DNA of 64,000 bases from Eledone cirrhosa (taxonomy: Eukaryota). Both the position numbers and the translations under genes were made by a program. Under the pieces are notes generated by a model. That model ran no database searches and was not told the origin of the DNA. It worked only from the letters and a program-made list of their open reading frames with translations. Shown here in pieces: positions 27,231-40,454 of this stretch; within the stretch, counting starts at the first letter, position 1; each line of letters opens with the position of its first letter. The DNA is taken from positions 11,098,001 through 11,162,000 of the forward strand of contig OZ024752.1 in assembly GCA_964016885.1 (NCBI GenBank). Reading direction: 5' to 3'.

Positions 27231-27364
27231 GCGCTAATGTTTCACTATTGTTAATAAAATATCAAAAATATAAATACTTAAACGATTATGGCAGCGTGGG
27301 TGCAGTGCGAGTGGGGCTGATTATACTACACGATAATATTTGGATATTTATCTATGTCTATCAT

Positions 27365-27655
27365 CCACAGGCGGGTTACTTGTATCTACTTTCCTTCGCC
27401 CACTTATTCCTATGAGTGTCATGGCGACAGAGTCCTCAAACACTCTTTTCAGCAAGTCCTGTCAGAAGCAACCATCTCCAATGATCTGGCAGAATCTCCA
27501 AGTAAGACCAGCCAAGTTTATGGATGTTGTCCAATCATCTTGATCGGAATCTAGCCATGGGTCTCCTGTTGGTTGGTTTTGTCCGTAAAATTTGTCCAGT
27601 GATTCTCTCCGGCAACATTCTAACTACACGCCCATAGTACTGGCGATGTGATCAA
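27365..27655 (-). mobile_element. Decayed RTE LINE 3' fragment
   Basis: Similar to 17575-17850; the minus strand includes SHRQYYGRVVRMLPERITGQILRTKPTNRRP. Confidence 0.7.
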
Positions 27656-28237
27656 TAAATTATTTCCTGCAAAATTTCTGAAGCTGTGCATATTTAAATA
27701 ACTATTTCTTTTTAAATATATATCGAGCAGTTTTTATGAGAAAAAATTTAATAGCTTCTAGCATTAGCATGAAAGCTAGGAGAGGAGAAAAACCATAGTT
27801 TCTGCAGTTAGTTCTGAACACGAAACGTGAAGCAAAGTTATGCTATTGTCTCAAAGTTAAATGTCAACCTAATGCTTGTAACAAACCTCCGCTCAAATAT
27901 TGATTTCCTTTACTGGTCCAATGCCTGACATTTGTTGCAAGAGGACTAAGGGATTATATCAACACAAGTATTAGAATTATTTGTTTATTGGACCATGGAA
28001 AGATGAAAGGTAAATATAATTTAGGCGGTATCACAACTAAGGCATTTAGGAACCGTAACAAATTATCTCAATGACATTGTACATCCTTCTTCAGTTTATT
28101 TCCACACTACTCTTCCTTTTGGCGCCTGAAGGTCGCTGTAGTAATATGGATGTGATATTTTGCATACTGTGTATTAACTGTGCAGAAACTTACATTCGCA
28201 ATTACACATACATTGATATGTATATTAGATATATCAA

Positions 28238-28423
28238 ATAATTGTTTCTACTTTTGGCACAAGGCCAGAAATTACCCAGTGCATTACTGGTACTTTATTT
28301 TATCGCCCCGTAAGGATCAAAGGCAAAGTCAACCTCGGCGGGATTTGAACTCAGATCGTAAAGGGACGTAACTATGCTGGAAAGCATGGCGTCCGACCCT
28401 CTACCGATACTGCCAATCCACCT
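28238..28423 (-). mobile_element. tRNA-derived SINE, full length, with TSD ATATATCAAATAAT
   Basis: TSD at 28229-28242 and 28426-28439. Confidence 0.93.
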
Positions 28424-29323
28424 CAATATATCAAATAATGAAATCCTAACACAGATGTATGCAAGCATGCTAACGCCATATATACACAGAGATTTTCCTA
28501 TACTCCATACCGGAAACTGGAGCACATATGCGAAGAAACACTAGCGCGATTAGACAATTACAGTCATGTACGTATACACATAGACGCAAATATATATTCA
28601 CGAACGTATATTCCTTTTACATTAATACTATCTTTATATACGAATGAACATATATATATATATTATATAAATTTAGCGAGAATCGCATTTCGGCGGGTAG
28701 AAATTGGCGAAACGCAACTTCTGTATTGTGCAGACAAGCGCTCCATGGATATGAAGATACCAGAGCTATAAACATAAGTTAAAATGGTCATACAAACTGA
28801 GACGATGGTTAAGAAGCCATTAACCACCTTAGCCAAAAAAGCGAACAAGCTAAACGGGTCAAACAAAATAAGATATGATTGAAATAGTTACCCGGACCCT
28901 CGGGGAAGATGGAATACTCCGATATTTGGATTTCTGCAACACCTAAATCAATAATACTGTCTGCTTATAAAAAATAAGCTTTTGGTATAATGATCGAACA
29001 AGGCATCGCTTTCTCAACAGGCATTTTGCTCTTCGTGCGCCAGAATCTCACAGGTTATGAAAGCACATGTAAGATACTAAGGGGAGGAAACACCTATATA
29101 TTGTATATATATATATTTCTACTTGCATACACATTCACTATACATAGAGTTGAGCGCATATATATATATATAGTATATAGATATATATATAAATTGTATA
29201 TATATATATAAAGAAAATGAGGTGTTTTTTTATTTAAAAAAAAAACGAAGTCCTAGACGGGTGAAAGAATAAGAGAAAGAAATCGAAAATGCAACTGGAG
29301 TCTTTTTAGGAATATTTATTATT

Positions 29324-29363
29324 TACTTTACCGGTTTCACGGTTCTTATGCTTTTCAAAAGTA
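29324..29363 (-). ncRNA. Minimal hammerhead with a U3-A8 core variant (family D)
   Basis: Minus strand tacttTTGAAAAgcataagaaccgtGAAAccggTAaagta; stem I tactt/aagta; stem III palindrome ACCGGT; stem II very short. Confidence 0.65.
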
Positions 29364-29393
29364 TTTTATATATATATATATATATATAAAATA

Positions 29394-29439
<46 letters not shown>

Positions 29440-29444
<5 letters not shown>

Positions 29445-29796
29445 TAAAGAAAACGAAAAATAAGTGATGCATCTGGACTTAATTTATTGCGTGTTACAAT
29501 TGTTTCGCCGGCAGGTAGCTCGAGACATAGTCCCTGTATGGATCTGGTTGATTCTACTTCTGCAGTTTCTTTCAGACACGGGTATTTCGAAATACCGTAT
29601 CTGAATCAGCCAGATCCATACAAGGACCTTGTCTCGAGCTACCTGCCGGCGAAACAATTGTAACACGCAATAAATTAAGTCCAGATGCATCACTGATTTT
29701 TCCTTTTCTTTATACTATCTACACTCTACTCTGCTGAATATCGAGTGCTAATTTTGGCATACCGCCTATGGAAGCACCATAGCTACCATTATACAC

Positions 29797-29800
<4 letters not shown>
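29440..29800. mobile_element. Family C Penelope-like element: inverted repeat 29440-29717, hammerhead-like core with extended stem II, 3' tail
   Basis: GAAAcaattgTAacacg on both arms; minus-strand 5' half cgtgtCTGAAAGA (one extra A); related to 31130-31452. Confidence 0.75.
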
Positions 29801-29839
<39 letters not shown>

Positions 29840-29967
29840 TTTGACAATCGCCACCGCCGAATGCGAGAAAGTTCCCCAACTATGATAACCAGGAATCTTT
29901 AAAAATCTTCTCACCGAAGTTAACCTACTAGATCTACCAAATCATAATATTATTCTTTTCCATTTTT

Positions 29968-30012
<45 letters not shown>

Positions 30013-30020
30013 CAGATTGA

Positions 30021-30071
30021 AGTTTGAGCAAAGAATCGATGCTTTCACCCTTAATGGGATCTTCTGAAACT
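30021..30071 (-). ncRNA. Hammerhead-like fold with a CAGAAGA (U4A) core
   Basis: Minus strand agtttCAGAAGAtcccattaagggtGAAAgcatcgattctttgcTCaaact: stem I agttt/aaact, stem II ccc/ggg, stem III gca/tgc; second copy at 51019-51069 (+). Confidence 0.6.
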
Positions 30072-30202
30072 AATTAATTTATTATTACTACACATATATA
30101 TATATAAAACTGAGTAACTGTGAAAGAGAACGGCGGAAGGATTTGACATTCATCTGAGTCCCTGAATCACTCATGTGATTGTGTTTGATATTATTTATAT
30201 TT

Positions 30203-30347
30203 TCCAGCATAGTTACGTCCCTTTACGATCTGAGTTCAAATCCCGCCGAGGTTGACTTTGCCTTTCATCCTTACGGGGTCGATAAAATAAAGTACCAGTA
30301 ATGCACTGGGTATTTGCTGGCCTTGTGCCTAAAGTAGAAACAATTAT
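30203..30347 (+). mobile_element. tRNA-derived SINE, 5' truncated
   Basis: Consensus match. Confidence 0.92.
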
Positions 30348-30689
30348 TTATATATATGTAGGCAATATTTTAGAATGGAGTTCTATATCTCGAGTACTAA
30401 ACCCCGTGTGCACATAAATCAATTTAGAAACAAAAGTTTAACCATTAACTATATGAAATGAAATCTTACTATCAGTTTCATTCCATCAGAGATATCTACA
30501 ATTCAACAGCGTCTTAATTTGGGAGTCAATTATTATTTCTCACTTTCTCTATATTGTGTCTCTTTCGGTCTCTTCAAAATATCGACCGGATTCAGAGCTG
30601 AAAAGGAGAGGCGCCACCATGTTTAAAATGTATGTTCCGTCGATCACCCTACGACTTCATCACGACTGGAGATTATATATTTATATATC

Positions 30690-30853
30690 AGATCGGGTAT
30701 GGTAAATTACCGGGTGGACCTTTTCCCACCAGAGTACTCGATACTTGGGTTAGTAGAGTGGGTAATATGAAGAGATTCAGGACCCTGACGGCTGAACTCC
30801 GGCCCTTTCGACAGATAGATCCGACCGGAGCTCAACCGTCGTGGTCCTGAATT
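30690..30853 (-). mobile_element. Family G TA-embedded element (hairpin plus conserved tail)
   Basis: Inverted pair attcaggaccctgacggctga / tcaaccgtcgtggtcctgaat; tail homologous to 55240-55300. Confidence 0.75.
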
Positions 30854-30953
30854 TTTTTATACATACATATATATATAGTTGTATGGATGCATGAAAAATG
30901 CGTCCCTAGGTGGTATACCGGTTGAATAGGAAACTAAATTATATTATAGTAAG

Positions 30954-31043
30954 CATATCTGACGATCTCTCGATTACAGACTCATGTTCGATCTATAATA
31001 AATCGTTCCCCGAGCTGATCGATAGCGAAACATATTTAATATG
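30954..31043 (+). ncRNA. Hammerhead ribozyme with an extended stem II
   Basis: Stem I catat/atatg; CTGACGA 30959-30965; stem II ctctcgat/atcgatag enclosing about 40 nt; GAAA 31027-31030; catatt; UA at 31037-31038. Confidence 0.7.
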
Positions 31044-31129
31044 TTATTAAATGTGTTATGATGCAACACTGAATCTTTGTTCTTATAGCGCGTGCGTGCG
31101 TGCGTATGTGCGTGCGTGCGTGCGTGTCT

Positions 31130-31452
31130 GATGGTAGCTAAGATACTTCCATAGGTGGTATGCCGGTTGAGCACTATGTTCTTGCAGAGCAGAGTTTGAT
31201 ATAATATAAAACGAAAAATCAGTGGTGTATCTGAACTCATTTTATTGTGTGTTACAAATGTTTCGTCAGCAGACAGCCCGAGACTAGTGAGAACATTTGA
31301 TCCGAATTTATTAGAAGTGTCCGCCGAACCTGCAGATCCAGAATCAGACAGGTCCTCACAATGATCATGTCTCGAGCTGTCTGCCGGCGAAACAATTGTA
31401 ACACAATAAATTGAGTTCAGATGCATCACTGATTTTTCGTTTTATATTATAT
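31130..31452. mobile_element. Family C element, older copy with inverted repeat 31199-31452
   Basis: gtgtCCGCCGAacctgcaga...tctgccggcGAAAcaattgTAacac (core decayed). Confidence 0.7.
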
Positions 31453-31531
31453 ATATATATATAAATAAATATATAGACAGACTGAATAAAAATGACGTAG
31501 ACATACAATACAACAGGAGGAAAAGATAGCA

Positions 31532-31571
31532 CCACTGACGATGTTGCAGATGTGCAACGAAAGATTTATGA
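31532..31571 (+). ncRNA. Partly degenerate minimal hammerhead
   Basis: ccaCTGACGAtgttgcagatgtgcaacGAAAgattTAtga; perfect 6-bp stem II, weak stems I and III. Confidence 0.45.
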
Positions 31572-31764
31572 TAAACTATATATATATGTGTTTGTGTCTA
31601 TATTGTATCTGTATTTTTGGCCGTCGGTCAGTCAATGGCAACATTGAGGACCGAGTAAGTTAGATTACCGATATAAAAGACACAGAAGCGAGAAGCGAAA
31701 ACCAACCAAACAGTGAGTGTGTTCTGTTATTAATTCTGGCAATATATATATATATATATAAATG

Positions 31765-32034
31765 AAGTATTTACGTCGGAAGGTACAGGAAAAAAGAGTG
31801 CTCTATGTAGGCTACAGAGCTTATTAGTTATGTAATAAACAACATAAGATAATTATTTCATTTACCAGTGGTTTCTTGAAGGCAGGTGTTATGTCTGTCT
31901 TCAGTCGTCAATGAATAAATAACATCATGATGTTATTTATTCATTCTGACGACTGAAGACAGTCATTACATCTGCCCTCAAGAAACCACTGGTAAATGAA
32001 ATAATTATTTTATGTTGTTTATTACATAACTAAT
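31765..32034. mobile_element. Family F element with a near-perfect palindrome 31822-32034
   Basis: Centre aacatca|tgatgtt at 31927/31928; TA-flanked. Confidence 0.85.
31940..32000 (+). ncRNA. Minimal hammerhead ribozyme (family F)
   Basis: Stem I ttcatt/aatgaa; CTGACGA 31946-31952; GAAA 31982-31985; ccactgg; UA at 31993-31994; the mirror copy on the minus arm has a small deletion at the stem I/C3 junction. Confidence 0.75.
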
Positions 32035-32061
32035 CAATAAATAAATATATATATATATATT

Positions 32062-32392
32062 GTAAAGGGGTAAAAGCCCCCTCGGGTCAAAAATGACAGA
32101 TTTAGCTCCGAGAAAGTTCCCCCTCCATAGCTAGGGGTTATTGTGGAAGACCAGCAGTCACGCATGCGTACTTGGCCCCGTACCTCCACCACCGATGTCG
32201 TCCAAGGAAAGGCACTGTCAGTTACGGCTTGGCACCAGTGACATTTCAATTCATTTCTAGAGTTCAGTATAGGCCCATAACTTATTAGAACATTGAACTT
32301 GCAATCGAGAGGTTGTGAGTTCGATTCTGGGACTGGGTGATGCGTTGTGTCTTTGAGCATGTCACTTTATATCGCGTTGCCCTAGTTTATAT
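32062..32392. mobile_element. SINE fragments (3' part on the minus strand at 32062-32258; tRNA head and CORE-like part on the plus strand at 32285-32392)
   Basis: B-box gagttcgattc followed by gtgtctttgagcatgtcactttatatcgcgttgc, similar to 20120-20200. Confidence 0.55.
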
Positions 32393-35106
32393 ATTGATAC
32401 TCAGAGATTGTTTTTTTCCATCACTTACTGATCTATAACATCTTAGAATGTGTTAGAACTTGGTACTTTTCACCATTTTAATCTAAAATTACTTCATACT
32501 TTCTAACAATGTTTCTTTCATTCTCTGTCTTTCGCACCCCCCCCCTCCCCCGTTACCAGTCTGTCGTTCTCACTTTCCTAGTTTTGTCTCCCACCTTTTC
32601 TTATGATATATCTCTCTAGATTACATTAATCCCTAGGCTTAATTGCCAACGTACCTTATCCTTAGAGATAATTTTATCTAAGAAATTGCTTTGCTGCTTC
32701 TCATTTTTTGGTTTAATTAATCATATGGTTGAGTTTCTATTAAAATATGTCTCATTTTTCTCTAAGGCGTCATATCATATATTTCAATAGAAACCAGCAC
32801 ATACAATTAATTAACTCAAATTCAGCAGGTACAAAGAAAATTAACAAATAGATACTTTTTAGATAAAATTATACCAACGGTAAATTGAACAGCGAAAATT
32901 AATCTTATGGCACAATGCAATTAAGCAATTACTCTACATTGATCACGGCTAATCTACTGAATATATCTATCGAATATGCAAGAACAAAAATGTAAACAGG
33001 GAGGTGGAGGCTTAATATTGATCCAAACAGCGTTTACATGTTACATCATATCCCTTTGGCAACGTATACTAACCGCAAATCCTAGAAGCTTAATAATTGA
33101 ACAATTCTGCCTCGGTGAACCATATAGTATTACAGATGTTGGGAAGGAGCTTCTTGAGAAATACCCTATGAATCATGGCCAGAAATATACACATAAAGGT
33201 ACACTCCCCTATCAGGTGAAAAGCAGTATATTTGTCAGGAAAATGTTATGTATGACTATATTGTCTAACAGCTTCAAAGAAAGTGTAATATCAATATACA
33301 CCGTCGCGCCCTAGGCCTGGAGCCCATTTCCCTCCTCTCCCTCACTCCAATTTTTTATGACCCTACGGCCCTTAGCTTTCCCTTCCTTTTCCATTTTCAT
33401 AATCACAAAATATACTTGTATATTTTACAATAAAACTCATATATAAAGAGTAGTTCAGATAAACAAAATATTCTACAGTAACAATCAATACATTAGCTCC
33501 GACTTCGGAGGTTATCGTTGTACAATCCGGAAACAAGAAATAACAACAAAAGTAGAAAAAGGACAGAGCTGCAGGTAAAACTTCTAAACTTGAAAACAGA
33601 CGTATTGGAATAAACAGATGTTAACCAGATCATAGGCTGCTGTCCAAAGATGTTATCAGAGCACTGGCTATCTATGAAACGGTGTAATTTCCATATCACT
33701 ATATGATACAATCTGTAAAACCGACAGCTTGGAAGATAAACATGTAAAAAGATACAGCGATGTCAAAGACATACTTACATATGATATGAAAATTGAATAT
33801 TAGTGGTATATTTCCAGACCTATCAACTCTCCCCGTCCGACGAGGAGATCTCCCACCCACTTTAGGGTGGGCGAGACATATTCTCTTGTGAAAATGGGTA
33901 TAGCTTTTATTATGTAAAATCTCCACATCTTGCCGTTTGGGTTATTAGAGGTTGGTAGGTCTGTTTCCCTGCCCCGCCCACCTTCAGTAAAATGTGGCAA
34001 TAACAAGTCAGACAAAGATATGGGACAGGGAAAAGACGGCATACATAATAATTGAAATGAACTGCACGAGAAATATTACCATGGCGTTAAATATTAGTGT
34101 AAATAAAACATTTATACCAAACTAATGATGAATCTTCAAATATCCAAATCCCCACCCCTCCGGTTTTAATTTTAGATATGTATCTGTAAATACGGCAGCA
34201 CTTGTATGTTTTACTCACTGCTTCAATACAAACCATGCGACGTTGGACTTCACAGAAGCAGAAAGAACGCGGCTAATTATGAAATTCCAAGTACTATTCG
34301 TTATAGAATTATATAAATATGTAAAACATTATTCAAGTTTAATATTTAGTAACTGAATATACCCACATATAGAAGCTTAAATATATGTACACATATAATT
34401 GAAAGTATGGAGACAGACAATGTGAGGATATCCCAAAGGCATACCTATCCACATACAATTACCTGGTTGATTCTATCTCGAAGGCTAATGAACGAAAATT
34501 GTTTCATGGTTAGAAAGCGGCTCTATTAGTAATATATAAACACGAAATAAATATAGACAAAATAACATATATATACATGTACAAACTCGCGTACATGGCC
34601 ATTAAAAATGATATTTGGAGGCCTACACCTTGTGTACCTCTTTAATATCTTATTTTGAGATTCTTTTTCAGTCAGTGCAAATAATTTATATATTAATTTC
34701 TCCTCATGATAATACGAGAGAAAGCGAGTTTAAGGAATGTTATTTCCAGTAACAGGTTAAAGATTATAGAACTTCAATACAAAGTGAGGGAAATAGAAAA
34801 TTACATACCTAGATGTTTTTCTGTTTTCCTTTTCTCTCGTATTCCCTCGGCAAGCCGTTACGTACGGCCGCCTCGTGTGGGCGTAAACACTGGAAGGTGG
34901 CGGTGTGACCAATTATAGGTGACGTCACGGCTTTACCGTTAATGTGGTGTTCGCGAGAGACGAGTTTTTTGGTTTATTTTTTTTAATCTCTCCTTTTTTT
35001 AGATTGAATATGACATTTTAATAAAGCAGTTAAAACAGAGTTTGGGGGCTATTTTTAGGCGCTAATTATTAAAAAATACTGACAGATTATTATTTTGAAA
35101 TTCTTT

Positions 35107-35292
35107 GGTAGATTGGCAGTAACGGTAGAAGGTCGGACGCCATGCTTTGCAGCATCGAGTTACGGCCCTTTATGATCTGAGTTCAAATCCCGCCGAGGTT
35201 AACTTTGCCTTTCAGCCTTACGCAGTCGATAAAATAAAGTAACAGTTATGCACTTGAATTGCTGGCCTTGTGCCAAAAGTAGAAACAATTAT
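35107..35292 (+). mobile_element. tRNA-derived SINE, full length, 18-bp TSD ATTATTTTGAAATTCTTT
   Basis: TSD at 35089-35106 and 35288-35305. Confidence 0.95.
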
Positions 35293-36631
35293 TTTGAAAT
35301 TCTTTTTCGGTGCAAACAGTATATTTATTTTTGCATAAATTGCCTTTTAAGAATGATATTGCGAACTTCTGTAGAAAGTCGGTAAATTAGAAAATAACTT
35401 ATCTGATTACGTTTCTGGTTCATTCAAAGTAAATGCAAATTCTAGACATAATTTCCAACGTCGTTAACATCACATGCCAGATAAAGTCATGACGTCACTG
35501 ATAATTGAGTACTCGGCCTTACGTAACGGCCTGCCAAGGAAGAAATGAAACTGAAACACAAAAAAATGAGGATTTGTAAGTAGATAATTAGTGAACCTAA
35601 CACAAAAAAAACAACTTATCTAATATTTTAATACTTTTATAATAATTTAAACAACAGATAAAGTACACAAAGAAAAACTAAAGTAAAGTTCACTCCCTCC
35701 ATGATATAAAACACTGGCCACTGCCCGTTTCGAACTGTCATTTCGTTATCGACATTAGGGTTTATATGAGTGACACTTTGCTTCGCGACATATGTCTCTG
35801 TGTAGAAATTTCACAAGTATTTTTGGCTGTTGGTGTTGTCATTATCACTACTCAAAATCTTATTGGGTGTTTTGGTAAAAAAAATCTATATTTACTGACT
35901 TTTCATGACTGGCATTTTGAACAAAGTAAAAATCGTCTTGCTTATTGTGTGAATTTTTTCATTCGACAATCTATGCTGGTTGTGCTTTATGTTCTTATTA
36001 CTTTTACTTAAGTTTAGTAGATGTATACCGTAGGATGTTAAATGTTGAATGTGACTGTCTATACCTTCGAGTATATCGGATTGTTTTAGAGTCGGTGTTT
36101 TGTTTTTTTTCGTGTCTTTTTAAAACATTGTTTACTATTTTTATGAAATGCTTTTTCCAGTATTCGACACCTGATTGGCGTATATGTTTTTTCCCCTCTT
36201 CTGTTTCTTCATTTATTTTTATTTTGAAGTGTTACTCTGTGTTGACATTTTTTTCTCACTATTCATTTTAAGTTTTATCGATTCTAACGGCAGATTAAGA
36301 CGAAAACTTGTCTAAGAGAAGAAAACATGGCGTTTGTTCTATGCAACTAAATAGATGTCCTAATACCATCCTATATATATATATTTTTTTTCTAACCTTC
36401 TATTTGTGTGTGTGTGTATATATATATTACGCTTTGGTAAGGTCATACTACCAATAAAAACAGACGCATCTGTTGGTTTTCTCTTCAATTTATTATAAAT
36501 GTCCGGTTGGTTGGTTCAATAATCTAATGGTGGTTTATATATTGTCAAAGCTCTTTCGTCGCACATTCTGTGAACTCCCCAGTGACTGGTTTCTTATTTT
36601 ATGTCTCTCTTTTGTTATGTCCTACACCATC

Positions 36632-36634
<3 letters not shown>

Positions 36635-36684
<50 letters not shown>

Positions 36685-36739
36685 GTGTGTGTGTGTCGAC
36701 AGAGAAAGAGCAATGCGCATATATATATATATGCACATA

Positions 36740-36787
<48 letters not shown>

Positions 36788-36940
36788 TATATATATATGT
36801 GTGTGTAGAGAGAGAGCAATGCGCATATATATATACATATATATACATATATATATATACATATATATACATATATATATATACATATATATACATATAT
36901 ATATATACATATATACACATATATATATACATATATACAC

Positions 36941-36985
<45 letters not shown>

Positions 36986-37120
36986 CATATGTGTGTGTAA
37001 TATATGTATGTGTATCTGCGTGTGTATCTGTGTTTGTGTGTGTCTGTGAGTATCTGTGTACGTGTGTATCTATATAGGTGTTTGTGTGTATATGTATAGG
37101 TGTGTGGGTGCGTGCGTATC

Positions 37121-37164
<44 letters not shown>

Positions 37165-37200
37165 CGTATAATATGTACATATGTAATGTATATATAATAC
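36635..37200. repeat. Compound TA/CA/TG microsatellites
   Basis: Direct reading. Confidence 0.9.
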
Positions 37201-37461
37201 ATGAACGACAAATACAGCTAAATAATGGAAATATTTAATTAAAATATATGGCATGGTGAAGCCGTTCACGGAGTTCTGTAAGCGAGTGAATAAACCGGAT
37301 TGAATGAAACCCTAAATCCACACCAGCCCCCAAAGATCGGAATGGGAAGAGAAGACCTACATATTGAGAAATATATTTGGAGACTGTCTTCCATATAGAT
37401 ATTGCTAGATATATATTCTAAAGCATTATACTTACTCTGAACGATTCATATAACAATACTA

Positions 37462-37522
37462 ATATTTATATACGTATATATATATATATATATACGTATA
37501 TAAATATATATATATATATACG

Positions 37523-37571
<49 letters not shown>

Positions 37572-38307
37572 GTATATAAATATATATATATTTATATACG
37601 TATATAAATATATATATATAATATATAAATATATATATATATATACGTATATATATATATATATAAATATATATATATACGTATATAAATATATATATAT
37701 ATATATATACGTATATAAATATATATATATATATATACGTATATAAATATATATATATATTATACGTATATATATATATATATTTATATACGTATATAAA
37801 TATATATATATATATATACGTATATAAATATATATATATATTATACGTATATATATATATATATATATTTATATACGTATATATATACGTATATAAATAT
37901 TTATATATATTTATATACGTATATATATATATATACGTATATATACATACATATATTTATATACGTATATATATATATATATTTATATACGTATATATAA
38001 ATATTTATATACGTATATATATATATATATTTATATACGTATATATAAATATTTATATACGTATATATATATATATTTATATACGTATATATATATATAT
38101 ATTTATATACGTATATGTATATATATATTTATATACGTATATGTATATATATACGTATATGTATATATATATTTATATACGTATATGTATATATATATTT
38201 ATATACGTATATGTATATATATATTTATATATGTATATATATATTTATATACGTATATATATATATATATATTTATATACGTATATATATATATATATTT
38301 ATATACG

Positions 38308-38339
<32 letters not shown>

Positions 38340-38802
38340 CGTATATGTATATATATATTTATATACGTATATGTATATATATATTTATATACGTATATGT
38401 ATATATATATTTATATACGTATATGTATATATATATTTATATACGTATATATATATATTTATATACGTATATATATATATTTATATACGTATATATATAT
38501 ATTTATATACGTATATATATATATTTATATACGTATATGTATATATATATTTATATACGTATATATATATATATATATTTATATACGTATATATATATAT
38601 ATATATTTATATACGTATATATATATATATATATTTATATACGTATATATATATTTATATACGTATATAAGTATATATATATTTATATACGTATATAAGT
38701 ATATATATATTTATATACGTATATATGTATATATATATTTATATACGTATATATGTATATATATATTTATATACGTATATATGTATATATATATTTATAT
38801 AC

Positions 38803-38834
<32 letters not shown>

Positions 38835-38835
38835 G

Positions 38836-38867
<32 letters not shown>

Positions 38868-38924
38868 CGTATATAAATATATATACGTATATAAATATAT
38901 ATATATATATATATACGTATATAA

Positions 38925-39009
<85 letters not shown>

Positions 39010-39018
39010 CATATATAT
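37462..39018. repeat. TA-based satellite with a TACGTA core and orientation switches
   Basis: Units tacgtatataaata (37490-37830, 38830-38930) versus the reverse complement tatttatatacgta (37860-38810). Confidence 0.9.
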
Positions 39019-39131
39019 GACTCCAGTTCCCCAGTGAATTAACAACCCAACAAGGACCTGGGCATATCAGAGTATTGACAATATCATACACCTAAATAAC
39101 ATATGTACTTGTCTATACCATACTAATTCAA

Positions 39132-39186
39132 ACTGCCTGAAGAGGTCACAGCCAAAGATGGCTGTCACTGAAATATATATAGCAGT
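39132..39186 (+). ncRNA. Canonical minimal hammerhead ribozyme (family H)
   Basis: Stem I actgc/gcagt; CTGAAGA 39137-39143; stem II gtcacagcca/tggctgtcac; GAAA 39170-39173; palindromic tatata; predicted cleavage at UA after 39181; lies within TA-flanked element 39019-39236. Confidence 0.88.
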
Positions 39187-39315
39187 AATAAACGAAGCTA
39201 AATTTTAATCATTTGACTTTTATTTAACTTTATTTTATATATATACATATATATACATATATATACATATATATATATAAATATATATACATATATATAT
39301 ATACATATAAATATA

Positions 39316-39391
<76 letters not shown>

Positions 39392-39392
39392 A

Positions 39393-39474
<82 letters not shown>

Positions 39475-39492
39475 GTATAAAAATATATATAT

Positions 39493-39839
39493 GTAGGAGG
39501 TGAGTTTTATTGTAGTACAATAAAGCAATGCAGATATCGGATAAGAAGCACTCTACAGTTTGTAGGACTGGAGTATACATAATATATAAGATCAAAAGAT
39601 GGTTAAAATAGTTCCATGTATTTTATTATGCGCATTTCAAAATAAATATCATCATGCAATAACATTTGTGTTTTCATCAGATAAAATAGGAAGACATGAT
39701 ATGAAGGTTAAAAACACTTGTGGATAGTGCAGTTTTAAATCAACATATAAGAACATTTCCCTATTACCCACTCTACTACCCTCAGTATTGAGTACTCTGG
39801 TGCCTTATGGTCCCTCTGGTTCCTTACCACACCTCCTTC

Positions 39840-39842
<3 letters not shown>
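39493..39842. mobile_element. Family B element (minus strand, hammerhead 39620-39687) fused to a family G tail (39758-39842 +)
   Basis: Minus strand attttatCTGATGA...GAAAtgcgcaTAataaaat; tail cctattacccactctactaccctcagtattgagtactctggtg as at 55497-55580. Confidence 0.85.
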
Positions 39843-39927
<85 letters not shown>

Positions 39928-40036
39928 TGTGTGCGTGTTAGGTAATTCCGAAGGAAAAGCAAAGGGACAAAGAGTGCAAAGATTGTATAAAACAGAGCTA
40001 TTTAATTAGAAATTGACCAGCACAAAATATAACTAC

Positions 40037-40102
40037 TCCATTACCAAAGGTTTCTGGATCCTAGACAATATTAATATACGTCTGGATCGGTCATCAGACA
40101 GA
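40037..40102 (-). ncRNA. Hammerhead ribozyme (family I)
   Basis: Minus strand tctgtCTGATGAccgatccagac..gtctaggatccaGAAAcctttggTAatgga; distal stem agaaagtgacca/tggtcaatttct. Confidence 0.72.
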
Positions 40103-40132
40103 TGTTGGTCACTTTCTAATATATACATATAT

Positions 40133-40409
40133 GGAAAAGAAATCAAAAATGCAGCTGGAGTCTTTTTAAGAATAATTATTTGTTTCTTTTACCGGTTTCA
40201 CACTTCTTATGGTTTTGAAATCTAGAATTAACCCTCCATCTCAATCCTACTTCTGAAAATCATAAGAGCTGTGAAACCGGTAAAAGCAACAAATAAATAT
40301 TCTTAAAAAGACTCCAGTTGCATTTTTGATATCTTTTCCTCATACTTTCACTCCTGTAGGACATCTCGTTTTTGTTTCCATTTAAGAGAAAAGAAACTCA
40401 TTTTCTTGC

Positions 40410-40410
<1 letters not shown>
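40133..40410. mobile_element. Family D element with inverted repeat 40133-40339
   Basis: Plus-strand core CTGAAAAtcataagagctgtGAAAccggTA at about 40253-40282; mirrored arm at 40141-40220. Confidence 0.8.

Positions 40411-40454
<44 letters not shown>

Noticed and set aside
28663-28960. Unique, moderately GC-rich stretch that could be an exon
   Set aside because: No recognisable protein motif in any frame; splice signals ambiguous
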